From an uncultured Pseudomonadota bacterium (lineage in GTDB: Bacteria > Babelota > Babeliae > Babelales > JAUPTZ01): a DNA stretch of 64,000 nucleotides. The notes beneath the pieces were generated by a model, which worked only from the letters and a program-made list of their open reading frames with translations, made no database searches and was not told where the DNA came from. Shown piece by piece: positions 19,620 to 29,145 of this stretch. The DNA lies in the NCBI GenBank assembly GCA_964429275.1, contig CAYSBJ010000002.1:62001-126000 (forward strand), read 5' to 3'. Each line of letters starts with the position of its first letter. The first letter of the stretch is position 1. The position numbers and the translations under genes were made by a program.

Positions 19620-21344
19620 ATGAGTCATCAAAACAATTCACAGTACCTTGATAATCTTCGCCACTCCTGTGCTCACCTAGCAGCACAAGCGGTGCTTGAG
19701 CTGTTTCCAGATACACTGTTGACTATCGGGCCCACGACAGAACATGGCTTCTTTTACGACTTTCTTCCAACGCACAATTTTAAAGAAGAAGACTTACCGC
19801 GCATCGAAGCAAAAATGCATGAAATTGCAGCGCGAGCGTATGATGTAGTTGGGGGTCAAGTGCCAAAAGAAAAGGCACGGCCGCTGTTTGCTCATAATCG
19901 CTTTAAAATGGAAATGCTTGAGGCAATTCCGGGAGATACGGTTGGGGTCTATACACAGGGTTCGTTCTCGGACTTGTGCCGGGGTGGCCACGTGGAAAAT
20001 ATTGGGGTTTTGAAGCATTTTAAACTTACCGGTATTTCTGGTTCTTACTGGCGTGCAGATCGGAACGGGCAACCCCTTCAACGGATTACCGGTGTTGCTT
20101 TTGCGACCAAAGAAGATTTAGTGGCGTATGAAAAACAAGTCGAAGATGCAATTAAATATGACCACCGTGCGTTGGGCAAACAACTTGATTTGTTTTCGTT
20201 TCGTCAAGAATCGCCGGGTGCTGCGTTTTTCCATCCACGCGGTACAGTTATTTATAATGAATTGATTAACTACAGCCGCCGGTTGCAGCAGGATACTTAC
20301 CAAGAAATTAAGACCCCGCTTATTATGCATGAGAATTTATGGCATACCTCCGGGCACTACGCTAACTACAAAGAAAACATGTATTTCACGCAGATTGATG
20401 ATCAAACGCACTGTGTACGGCCAATGAATTGTCCGTCTAGCGTTATGGTATATCAAGAAAACTTGCATTCGTATCGCGCGTTACCGCTTCGTCTCTCAGA
20501 ATATGGGCTGGTACATCGTTATGAATTGTCCGGTGTGTTACATGGTTTGTTTCGTGTGCGCACGTTTACGCAAGATGACGCGCATATTTTTTGTACGCTT
20601 GAACAAATTCAAGAAGAAGTTGCAGCAGTGCTTGCGATGGCCGAGACGATCTACCGCAAGTTTGGATTTCAAGAAATTTCGTATGCCTTATCAACTCGTC
20701 CTGCCAAATCCATTGGAACCGATGAGCTGTGGGAGCATGCGACGACTGCGTTAGGCGAAGCGATGAAAAGTCGTGGAATAGATTTTGCTATTCAAGATGG
20801 TGAAGGAGCATTCTACGGACCAAAAATTGAAATCCGCATCAAAGATGCCATGGGCCGTCAATGGCAATGTGGCACAGTACAAGTTGATCCGTTCTTGCCA
20901 CAAAATTTTGAAATTGAATACGTTTCGAGTGACCAATCGCGTCAGCGGCCGATCATGATTCACCGTGCATTATACGGTTCGATTGAGCGCTTCATGGGAA
21001 TTTTGCTGGAGCACTACAAAGGGCGTTTACCATTCTGGATTGCACCGGAGCAAGTACGTATCATGACGATTACTGATTCGCAGAGCGACTATGCGCATTC
21101 AGTGCTTGCACACTTGAAGCATCTGGGTGTGCGTGCAACGATTGATATGAGCTCAGACAAAATTAATGCCAAAATTAAGCGTGCACAGTTGATGCAAATT
21201 CCATGGATGTTTGTGCTTGGCGATAAAGAGCGTGAGCAACAAACAGTTACGTTGCGCTTGCTTGACGGTTCGCAGCGGTTTGGTATTGCGCTTGATGCAC
21301 TGGGAGAGTTGGTGCGGGCGGAGCATCAGACGGAGAACGTGTAG
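19620..21344 (+). CDS. thrS: Threonine--tRNA ligase, short form lacking the N-terminal TGS domain
   Basis: RHSCAH, DLCRGGH, DHRALG, SGH, RPMNCP, HRYE, RVRTFTQDDAH, GAFYGPK, QCGTVQ, IHRA. Confidence 0.98.
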   Translation: MSHQNNSQYLDNLRHSCAHLAAQAVLELFPDTLLTIGPTTEHGFFYDFLPTHNFKEEDLPRIEAKMHEIAARAYDVVGGQVPKEKARPLFAHNRFKMEMLEAIPGDTVGVYTQGSFSDLCRGGHVENIGVLKHFKLTGISGSYWRADRNGQPLQRITGVAFATKEDLVAYEKQVEDAIKYDHRALGKQLDLFSFRQESPGAAFFHPRGTVIYNELINYSRRLQQDTYQEIKTPLIMHENLWHTSGHYANYKENMYFTQIDDQTHCVRPMNCPSSVMVYQENLHSYRALPLRLSEYGLVHRYELSGVLHGLFRVRTFTQDDAHIFCTLEQIQEEVAAVLAMAETIYRKFGFQEISYALSTRPAKSIGTDELWEHATTALGEAMKSRGIDFAIQDGEGAFYGPKIEIRIKDAMGRQWQCGTVQVDPFLPQNFEIEYVSSDQSRQRPIMIHRALYGSIERFMGILLEHYKGRLPFWIAPEQVRIMTITDSQSDYAHSVLAHLKHLGVRATIDMSSDKINAKIKRAQLMQIPWMFVLGDKEREQQTVTLRLLDGSQRFGIALDALGELVRAEHQTENV

Positions 21345-21346
21345 AG

Positions 21347-21634
21347 ATGGTTAATGTTAGAGAAGAGCTTATTCAGATTATTCATGAGCATGTGCCCGGG
21401 TGCAAAATTATGCTTTTCGGATCACGGGCACGAGGTACGCAGCAAGATGGTGCCGACTATGATATTGCTATTGATGCAGGTAAAAAAATATCATCTGAAG
21501 TGATGTATCAAATTACTTCAGATATCGAAGAGAGTAATGTGTACGTGCATGTCGATATTATTGATATACATGCGGTAACTCCAGAGTTTTTAGCTGTTAT
21601 AGAAAAGGATTGGGTTATATGGAAGAAAAAATAA
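21347..21634 (+). CDS. Minimal nucleotidyltransferase (MNT), putative antitoxin
   Basis: 95 aa, LFGSRARG....DYDIAID and a downstream VDI motif. Confidence 0.9.
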   Translation: MVNVREELIQIIHEHVPGCKIMLFGSRARGTQQDGADYDIAIDAGKKISSEVMYQITSDIEESNVYVHVDIIDIHAVTPEFLAVIEKDWVIWKKK

Positions 21635-22071
21635 CTCACAAATTCGCTCAAATGCAAAAAATGCTTTTTACACTTGAGCGAGCGACGGTATTGTATGCGG
21701 CTAAATTGAAAGGGCTATCCCCAGACCAGTATCATGAAAATGAGGATTTGCTTGCGTATCGGGACTCAGTTATTCAGCGGCTTGAGTATTGCGTTGACGG
21801 TTTTTGGAAATTTATGAAGGTGTATTTGGAGATCGTGCAGGGACTTGTTGGTTTAGAGACTGGGCCAAAGCCAATCGCTCGAACGGCGGCTTTACATCAC
21901 CTTATAAGTGAGCAAGAATCGAAGGGCCTTATCTCCATGATAGAAGAGCGCAATAAAACCTCTCATATGTATCATGAAGAAATTGCTGATCAGATCGCTA
22001 ATGCTGCGCCAAAAGCGCTAGCCCTTATGAAAACTATTTTGGAACGACTTGGGCAGCGGTTGGGAGAGTAG
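21619..22071 (+). CDS. HEPN / HI0074-family nucleotidyltransferase substrate-binding protein, putative RNase toxin
   Basis: RDSVIQRLEY, W..MK.YL, RNKTSHMY (RX4H); overlaps the MNT stop codon. Confidence 0.88.
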   Translation: MEEKITHKFAQMQKMLFTLERATVLYAAKLKGLSPDQYHENEDLLAYRDSVIQRLEYCVDGFWKFMKVYLEIVQGLVGLETGPKPIARTAALHHLISEQESKGLISMIEERNKTSHMYHEEIADQIANAAPKALALMKTILERLGQRLGE

Positions 22072-22079
22072 CTTTTTAG

Positions 22080-22880
22080 CTAGTTTCCTGAACTTCTGTT
22101 TTTCCCATTAATTGCATAGTCAGGCACTTCTTTTTTGAGCGCCTCAAACAGTTCGATGAGAGCGGCTAATATACGCCGCTCTTTTTCGTAGGGCGATTGG
22201 TTAGTCTCGGGTACTCCAGTGTTATCTTGAACAACTGCATGAAAATGCTCCACGCGATTTTTGAGTTCTTTATCAAAATGTCGCCCATGAGCTTGGTAGA
22301 AACTGAGAATACGATCGACTGTTCTTTGTAATTGTGAACATTGTTGCTTTTTGTATTGTGGTAAATAGAGGTATATAGCTATGGGAGCTACGAGAGTCAT
22401 CCAGGCTAGGTAGAATGTCCATCCCATTAACCCATTTGTGTAAGAAGACCATCCAAGAATTATAAATGCCGCTAGAAAGCAGAGTAAGTTTGCGTATATG
22501 GCAAGCGAGAATGGTGGTGTTTCGAGAAACGAAACGGAGGTTTCTGCTGGCGACTGAAATGTGCTTCCAAACTCTTTTGATTGAAATGTGTGCATGAGAT
22601 GCAAAAGCATGTACCGCAGCATTATTTGGTCGTTTTTGTCGGAACCGTGTGGATCAAACAAGAGTTCAGCTACCAGTACTTTATCTTGGATGCGGTTCCA
22701 GGTTTTGAGGGGTAAGCGGTATCCGACAGGCTTTATTTCGCGCAGAGAAAGTGGCTTGAGTTTGTTTATTATATGGCGAATGAGCAGCCATGCGATGACT
22801 ATGCTCAGTATAATAAGTAAGGACCAATCTTTGATATAGAGGGCAGTCATAAGCCATATAAAAACTGGATGTATTTCCAT
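22080..22880 (-). CDS. Hypothetical membrane protein (paralog of 22905-23648)
   Basis: Hydrophobic helices; shared motifs KL.PLS, LRYM.LH.MHT, F.SP.E, Y.INGK. Confidence 0.75.
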   Translation of the reverse strand: MEIHPVFIWLMTALYIKDWSLLIILSIVIAWLLIRHIINKLKPLSLREIKPVGYRLPLKTWNRIQDKVLVAELLFDPHGSDKNDQIMLRYMLLHLMHTFQSKEFGSTFQSPAETSVSFLETPPFSLAIYANLLCFLAAFIILGWSSYTNGLMGWTFYLAWMTLVAPIAIYLYLPQYKKQQCSQLQRTVDRILSFYQAHGRHFDKELKNRVEHFHAVVQDNTGVPETNQSPYEKERRILAALIELFEALKKEVPDYAINGKNRSSGN

Positions 22881-22904
22881 GAGTTCCTTTCTTTACAGTT
22901 TTAG

Positions 22905-23648
22905 CTAATCCCACCAACCCTTTCCGTTGATCGTATAGTTTGGCGCTTCCTTGATGAGTGTATCAAAAAGCACTAGCATGGCTTTTGCTTGCACAACTTC
23001 TTCAGCGAATGGAAGGTGAGTCATGCGCGCTTTTTCCCCCATTTTTAATGCCTGGGTGAAGACTGAAAAATGATGCTTCAACTCTGGGTCAAAATGCTTA
23101 TGCTGTCCTTCGTAAAAGTGAAGGAGCCTAGAGACTGTGTTGTGTACTCGGAGTATTTTTAAAGCGCGGTGAAAATAGAAAAGCATCAAGCTGATGAGCA
23201 GGATTGACATACACATTAACCCAGTAATGATGAGTGAAACATGCTGACTATACCCATAGCAGATTCCGATAATCATGGCCGCTACAGCAACAATTGACCA
23301 ACCTATTTGTAAGTTAAGGAACAATGGTTCTTGTAAGAAAGGTGCAAAAAGCTCCGATGGCGATTTAAAAGAGATGTGATTTTTATATTTACTACGCCTG
23401 ACTGCGGTATGCATGCGATGGAGTATCATGTAGCGCAGAAGTGTGTATTTTTCGTGAGGCACTATTTCATCGTCAGAGAGAACAGTTTCTACTTGTGCAC
23501 GGTCACCGAGTTTGGTCCACGTATGATAGGTTAATTTTTTTTCTTCAGTACATATGTCGTGTGCGCTTAATGGGGTGAGTTTGTCATAAAGTGCAAAAAA
23601 GAGAAAAAATGCTCCGGCGATAAGAAAAACACACGCTAAAATATCCAT
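22905..23648 (-). CDS. Hypothetical membrane protein (paralog of 22080-22880)
   Basis: Same shared motifs as its neighbour. Confidence 0.75.
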   Translation of the reverse strand: MDILACVFLIAGAFFLFFALYDKLTPLSAHDICTEEKKLTYHTWTKLGDRAQVETVLSDDEIVPHEKYTLLRYMILHRMHTAVRRSKYKNHISFKSPSELFAPFLQEPLFLNLQIGWSIVAVAAMIIGICYGYSQHVSLIITGLMCMSILLISLMLFYFHRALKILRVHNTVSRLLHFYEGQHKHFDPELKHHFSVFTQALKMGEKARMTHLPFAEEVVQAKAMLVLFDTLIKEAPNYTINGKGWWD

Positions 23649-23678
23649 TATTACCTTTCCATGCAGTGCCTGGTGAAA

Positions 23679-24950
23679 CTATTCTTTTTTCTTACACACC
23701 GCATTCCATGGTAGTGCAATTGTGCTCTTATCATACCATTGGCATTCGGTACCTGCATAGATGATGAGGCCTGTTTTTACTGGTGTAATGCCTTCATAGG
23801 TTTCACGAAAGGCACGAAGCCCTGAGTCATCTGAGCCAGAAAGCGTTGCTTTCATTTTGATTTCGATGGGGTAGAGTGCGCCGTTATGTTCAAGTATAAG
23901 GTCTACTTCTGCTTGATTGCGGGTGCGCCAGTAGAATATGCCAGGATGGTAGCGGAGTCCTTTGAGCATGTTGGTGATGCTATTGATAACAAGTGTCTCA
24001 AATAATGCGCCACGTGCTGGGTGTGTAAGTACTGCTTGTGGGTCTGAGATTCTGAGTAGGTGGCAGGCGAGGCCAACATCGCTAAATAACCCTTTGCTTT
24101 TTCTGCTAACAACACGCTTAATAGTGTTACGGCTGTAAGGGAGTTATTCCCGCCATTGGTAGCCATGTTGCAGGATACTGAGCCACGCTCGAGCTGTTTT
24201 TGGGTTGATGTCTACTTCGCGTCCTAATTGTGCATAGTTAAGTTCTTGGCCGGTTAATGCGCTGATGAGCCCGACAAATTCCTGAAACTCGGTAAGGTTC
24301 TGTATGTTGATAAGCGTTCGGATGTCCCGTTGAATATAGGTTTGGAGGTAACCGGAAAAATATTCAGGTAAGAGTTGATCAGGAATGGGGAGGGTTCCAG
24401 GGAGCCCGCCACGCCATAATGCATTGCTGACCAGTTGGTTAGTGGTTCCTGCAATCTTTTGGGGAAGGCCTGCTGGGTCTTGGAGGTATTCTTCAAGCCA
24501 GAGTGGTGGTGTGTGCTCATTGTGCTCATTAAATTGGATAGCATCTGCTTGCTCATAGGTTGTCATGGAGGAAAGATCAAGAATGCCAACACGCCCCGCA
24601 AGGCTTTCTGCGACCGATTTAAGCACATTTAAATTATGCGACCCGGTGAGAAAGTATTGTCCATTCGCCGGGTGCTTATCGACAAGGCGCTTGAGAAGGG
24701 GGAGAAGCTCGGGGGCATACTGAATCTCATCCAAAATGAGGGGGCTGGGAAATTGTTGAAAGAAGAGGTCGGGGTCTCTTCGTGCCTGGTGAATGTCTTG
24801 GATGGGGTCAAACGTAATTGATGGGATGTGAGGGAAAACATGCTCAAGGAGCGTGCTTTTCCCGACTTGGCGGGCGCCGGTTATAAGAATTATTTTAAAC
24901 GCCTGCGCCATGAGTCGCAGCTTGCCTTCAAGATGTCGGATTTTGTACAT
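23679..24950 (-). pseudogene. AAA_14 + DUF4143 ATP-binding protein interrupted by an in-frame TAA
   Basis: ITGARQVGKST, LDEIQY, LTGS, ESLAGR, TYIQRDIR; stop at 24144-24146; the same frame continues LPYSRNTIKR...GALFET...YWRT..EVDL...PIEIK. Confidence 0.85.
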
Positions 24951-25129
24951 AGGGAGCCTTTTTGGTTCAGAATTCCCTTTAATTCTAACAAGGTTAGTGG
25001 TGTAGCTATGTTTTACCAGACATTTCGGGAATGTCATTCCTTAAATGTCTGGTGTTTTTTTGATTATGCGACCTGGAGCGGGTTAAGAATTGGTCAATTT
25101 TACCCGCAGATGGGGTAGCCGCTGCTTTT

Positions 25130-25777
25130 TTACCACTTTCGCAACGTATTCCACTCATGCCCGTTGAGGTCATATATTTCCTTGTCTTTCATATTTTGTC
25201 CCAACATGACAAGCAGTCTGTTCCAGATAATCCAATGGTCGCGCGGGATACTTTTTTTGAGTTCTTTTTCGGTTTCATCTGGTGTTTTGGTGTGTACAAT
25301 GCCCCACAGATTACTAATGCGGTGAACATGGGTATCAACACAGATGGCGGGGGTGTCAAAGGCGAGCCCCAGCACAAGGTTGGCGGTTTTTTGGCCAACA
25401 CCGGGGAGGGCCAAAAGCTCGGCTTCAGTTGCGGGTACTTGCGCGTCGTGGTGTTTTATAAGAGCGATGCTTACGGCTTGTAGCGTGCGGGCTTTGTTTT
25501 GGTAGAAACCGGTTTTATAAATGATTTTTTCTAATTCTTCACGTGGCATGGTTGCCAGCTCTTGTGGTGTGCGAATTCGTGAAAAAAGAGTGCGGCAGGC
25601 ATGAATAGTAACGACATCACGCGCCCGCAGACTTAACAAGCAGCTGATGAGGATGAGAAACGGATTCTTCCCGTATTCTGCGATAATAGTGTCGCACATT
25701 GGCAATGGGAATTCGGCTACACGTACTGTAAGCGCGTCAATAAATGCGTTCCAGTTACGAGTTGTTTTTTGGTTCAT
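25130..25777 (-). CDS. nth: Endonuclease III lacking the C-terminal Fe-S cysteine cluster
   Basis: PF..LIS.LLS, GFYQNKA, LLALPGVGQKTAN (HhH with catalytic Lys), VDTHVHRI (catalytic Asp). Confidence 0.9.
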   Translation of the reverse strand: MNQKTTRNWNAFIDALTVRVAEFPLPMCDTIIAEYGKNPFLILISCLLSLRARDVVTIHACRTLFSRIRTPQELATMPREELEKIIYKTGFYQNKARTLQAVSIALIKHHDAQVPATEAELLALPGVGQKTANLVLGLAFDTPAICVDTHVHRISNLWGIVHTKTPDETEKELKKSIPRDHWIIWNRLLVMLGQNMKDKEIYDLNGHEWNTLRKW

Positions 25778-26888
25778 TTTTCTTCGCCTTCTTTTTTTGC
25801 CAGAGACGAAGCTTCAGGCGTATGAACTCATATAGGTCGAAGCGCTCTGGTAGTTCATAGTTGGCTGCTACTTGGCGTCCATAGTTGAAAAAAGCAATTA
25901 TGAGCCGGCACTTTTCTGTGGTTTTTTCTGCACGTGGCATTTCTTTTGATCGATTGATTCTTCCGAGCTCGAGTATAAATTGCGTCATTCGTACATGGTA
26001 ATAGTGGCCTGCAATTTGAGAGGCACATCTAAAATAAAAGTTCTTTAGGCGGCGGAGTGCGGCTATGAGTTTGTGCCGGCGGTACATTTTGAAAAGGATA
26101 AATGCGACAAATGCAACGAACGGCCATTGAAGCGATATGCTTATGCTGCCAGGAGTTATTGTGTTTGGGGCCCAGATTCCTGCATATATGTAACAGAAGA
26201 GCTGGCTGCCAACAGAGAAGGCAGTGAAAAGCAGAATTCCCCGAGAAATGAAGTAAAACGGTACAGGTTTGATGAATTCTCTAAATGCTTGTTCTGGATT
26301 GAGGGAGGTGACTTGCGTCCGCCAGTTTTTGTAGCCAAAAAGACTATAGCACGGAGTGTGGGTTAAATAGGTGCCAATGAGTTCGAGAAGAATAGGTATC
26401 TCTCTCTCTGGTTCTTGGAGTTGGTCGATTAATGCTTGGACATATTCTGGCTGTTGGAGTTTGTATTGTGTGCCCCGTGGGTTAGTCTCCATGCGCTGAG
26501 TAAGCTTGCTGAGAGGCAATGGGCTGAAGTAATAGTCGTATATTTCGTAGGCAAGAACGATGAGTACGTAGGTAGTTGAGGCCACGGAAATAGCGAATGC
26601 AAGGCCGTTGTACCGTGCCATCATGGCTTGTGTGACTAAGCCGAGCGAGTACCAGGCGCCGGTAATGGTGCTAGCCATGAGAATGGTTTTGATGACGGCG
26701 TGCCGTAGAAAAACTGCAAAGCCGGCAACTAGTGCGCTGGCAAAGGCGAGAATCGCAAAAATAATTGGAAACTGAGGGTGATTGGTTAATCCTGAAAAGT
26801 TTATGGTCAATGTGACTTCTGCCAGGGCGGGAGTCGAGAGCGCCAAGAGTGATAGGAGCGATAGTAAGAAGAAAAATGGGTGGGCCAT
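25755..26888 (-). CDS. Hypothetical multi-pass membrane protein, probable distant paralog of the 22-23 kb pair
   Basis: Signal peptide and several TM segments; weak shared motifs (SPL, THT, P...F..F..P..F, RL..FY, NY). Confidence 0.7.
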   Translation of the reverse strand: MAHPFFFLLSLLSLLALSTPALAEVTLTINFSGLTNHPQFPIIFAILAFASALVAGFAVFLRHAVIKTILMASTITGAWYSLGLVTQAMMARYNGLAFAISVASTTYVLIVLAYEIYDYYFSPLPLSKLTQRMETNPRGTQYKLQQPEYVQALIDQLQEPEREIPILLELIGTYLTHTPCYSLFGYKNWRTQVTSLNPEQAFREFIKPVPFYFISRGILLFTAFSVGSQLFCYIYAGIWAPNTITPGSISISLQWPFVAFVAFILFKMYRRHKLIAALRRLKNFYFRCASQIAGHYYHVRMTQFILELGRINRSKEMPRAEKTTEKCRLIIAFFNYGRQVAANYELPERFDLYEFIRLKLRLWQKKKAKKNEPKNNS

Positions 26889-26999
26889 AGTAATAACTTC
26901 CTTTATTTATCTAAAAATACTAGGTTACGGCTCCTCCAAGTATACAAAGCTTTTGTTTAAATAAAAGTGTTTTTTGCCCTTAAGATGAAAGTAATGACG

Positions 27000-27935
27000 A
27001 TGAATTGCGCTGCTTTTAAAGATAAAGTTACCGACTTCTTGGCCTTTATGGAGCAAGAAAAAAATGTTTCATCTAATACGCTGCGGGCCTACAGATCGGA
27101 TCTTGCGCAATTTTTGACTTTCTGGGAGCGAGTGGAAGAAGCGGGGCCAGCAGCAGCGTCAACACCGGAATATGTATTGCGGCGATTTATTGTGTCTTTA
27201 TTTTATGAAAAAATGCTTAAAACGACTCTTGGCCGAAAGCTTTCCTGCTTACGCTCCTTTTCTGCCTATTTGAAGAAAGAGGGGATTACCCTTGAGGTTA
27301 ATACAAAGACCCCTCGTCTTGAGAAGCGGCTTCCGTCGACATTGAGCATGGATGAAATGACTTACTTATTGGATACAATAAAAGTTGAAGAACTTCCATC
27401 CCGGCATCCTTACCGTGATAGAGCTGTTATGGAGATGTTATATGCCACCGGGGTGCGGTGTAGTGAGCTTACGCACATGCGGATTGCCGATATTGATATG
27501 CAGACAAAAATGGTTCGCGTTTCTGGCAAAGGGGGCAAGGAGCGCATTGTCTTGTTTGGAAGCAAAGCAAAAAAGGCATTGGAAGACTATATAGAGTATG
27601 AGCGGGCAGCGTTCGGATTTATTGAGAGTACCGCATTGTTTGTCGGCCCCAGCGGCGGGCAGATAGCGGAACGTACGGTGCAGCGGATTTGTGAAATGTA
27701 TCGTCGATTACTAAAGGTTGAACGGCCATTGACCCCGCATAAAATTCGCCATTCTTTTGCCACGCATCTATTGAGCCAGGGGGTTGACTTGCGGGTAATC
27801 CAGGAGTTGTTGGGACATGCTTCCCTCTCGACCGTTGAGATTTATACTCATGTTTCATCGGCAGAATTGGCGCGAATGTGTGATGATAAACATCCGCTAA
27901 ACACCATGCAATTTAAGCGCGAAGAGACAAAATAA
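27000..27935 (+). CDS. xerC: Tyrosine recombinase XerC/XerD
   Basis: S.NT.RAY..DL, RD.A..E.LYATG.R.SEL, GKGGKER, TPH..RHSFATHLL..G.DLR.IQELLGH.SL.T..IYTH. xerC versus xerD is not resolved. Confidence 0.88.
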   Translation: MNCAAFKDKVTDFLAFMEQEKNVSSNTLRAYRSDLAQFLTFWERVEEAGPAAASTPEYVLRRFIVSLFYEKMLKTTLGRKLSCLRSFSAYLKKEGITLEVNTKTPRLEKRLPSTLSMDEMTYLLDTIKVEELPSRHPYRDRAVMEMLYATGVRCSELTHMRIADIDMQTKMVRVSGKGGKERIVLFGSKAKKALEDYIEYERAAFGFIESTALFVGPSGGQIAERTVQRICEMYRRLLKVERPLTPHKIRHSFATHLLSQGVDLRVIQELLGHASLSTVEIYTHVSSAELARMCDDKHPLNTMQFKREETK

Positions 27936-28011
27936 GCATAAACCGTTCTGGAAAATGGTTTGTCATGCTACACTAACGCTGTATTTGCTTTAATTTCTTA
28001 ATGGTGCTTCC

Positions 28012-29145
28012 ATGCAACGCGACACTTTTGCCGGCGATATAATATTCTTCTACGCGTATGATATTGGTGATGACATTGATCTTGAGATGATTAAATCTCA
28101 GCATCTAGTTTCTACTTATAGTATGCCGCTATCGGTTCGGTTCAAAAACTATCATATTCCTATTTCCTACCATCTTCGTGGGCCAAACTTGGTTTCTGAG
28201 GGAGAAGGGTATGAGCATTTTACTGGTACCGAGGCGATTGATCAGACGATTGATGATGAAAATGTTCGGCCACAATGCTTTGTTTTGAGCAAAATTCATG
28301 GATTTGGTGTGCTTTCGTATTGCTACCGCATCCCATTTAAAGGGTCGCTGGGAAATTTAAAAAAGCGCTTGATTGAACTGAAAAGCGAATATGACCAAAT
28401 TTCAGACTCTCACGCCTATGAAACGTTTAAAAAAATCCACAGCGCGGTGACGAGTCCACAATTTTGTAACCTGAAGAATGATTATTTTACGGTGCATATC
28501 AGTCCGCAACGAAGCACAGTTCCGAGCGACAAACTTATGGAAACATATGGCGGAGACATAGCCTCATTATTGCGCCTTGAGGTCGATCTGCTTTCTTTTT
28601 ATCAGCAAGATATGATTTTGCGGTCGCGTACTGGGTACTATGGTGATGAACTTATGGTTATTGATAGCGGTGGGTCCTTTGTGTACGATGACACCTGTTA
28701 CGATTCGATGGAACTCTTTGAGTTTGTTACTATCCAGCTTCTGGAGTTGCAATATTTTGACCGGCTTCTTGACCGACGACTTCATACCTTTTATACCTAT
28801 CATCTCGATTCGCCGAAGGCACGAACTGCCACCTCTATTGCAGAACTTGCACAATTGCGGGTTGATATCTCCGTTATTACTGAACGACTGGAAAATAGCA
28901 TTCGTATGTCGGGGGATGAGTATTACTCAGATATTTATGAGCGACTGGTTAAAAAGCTTTCAATTGATCGATGGCGAGAAGGGGTACAACGCAAGTTGGA
29001 TATCATCCGTGATTTGTATGAAGTGCAGCAAACCGGCCAAGACTTGGTTTTCCATAAGCGCTGGACGCTGGTGATTGTGGCTCTCATTGCCCTTGAGTCG
29101 GTTATTGGCCTTGCTCACTTTCTTCATTATTTATACAACCGATAA
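28012..29145 (+). CDS. Conserved hypothetical protein, probably RMD1/DUF155-like with a C-terminal TM helix
   Basis: YAYDIGDDIDL N-terminus; W...V.RKL..I..LY followed by WTLVIVALIALE. Confidence 0.6.
   Translation: MQRDTFAGDIIFFYAYDIGDDIDLEMIKSQHLVSTYSMPLSVRFKNYHIPISYHLRGPNLVSEGEGYEHFTGTEAIDQTIDDENVRPQCFVLSKIHGFGVLSYCYRIPFKGSLGNLKKRLIELKSEYDQISDSHAYETFKKIHSAVTSPQFCNLKNDYFTVHISPQRSTVPSDKLMETYGGDIASLLRLEVDLLSFYQQDMILRSRTGYYGDELMVIDSGGSFVYDDTCYDSMELFEFVTIQLLELQYFDRLLDRRLHTFYTYHLDSPKARTATSIAELAQLRVDISVITERLENSIRMSGDEYYSDIYERLVKKLSIDRWREGVQRKLDIIRDLYEVQQTGQDLVFHKRWTLVIVALIALESVIGLAHFLHYLYNR

Noticed and set aside
24144..24146. Stop-codon reassignment suggested by the in-frame TAA
   Set aside because: TAA, TAG and TGA all terminate intact conserved genes in this window, so this is a local lesion.
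27000..27935. Tyrosine recombinase as the integrase of a prophage or island
   Set aside because: The motifs fit housekeeping XerC/D, and there is no adjacent tRNA att site or phage gene.
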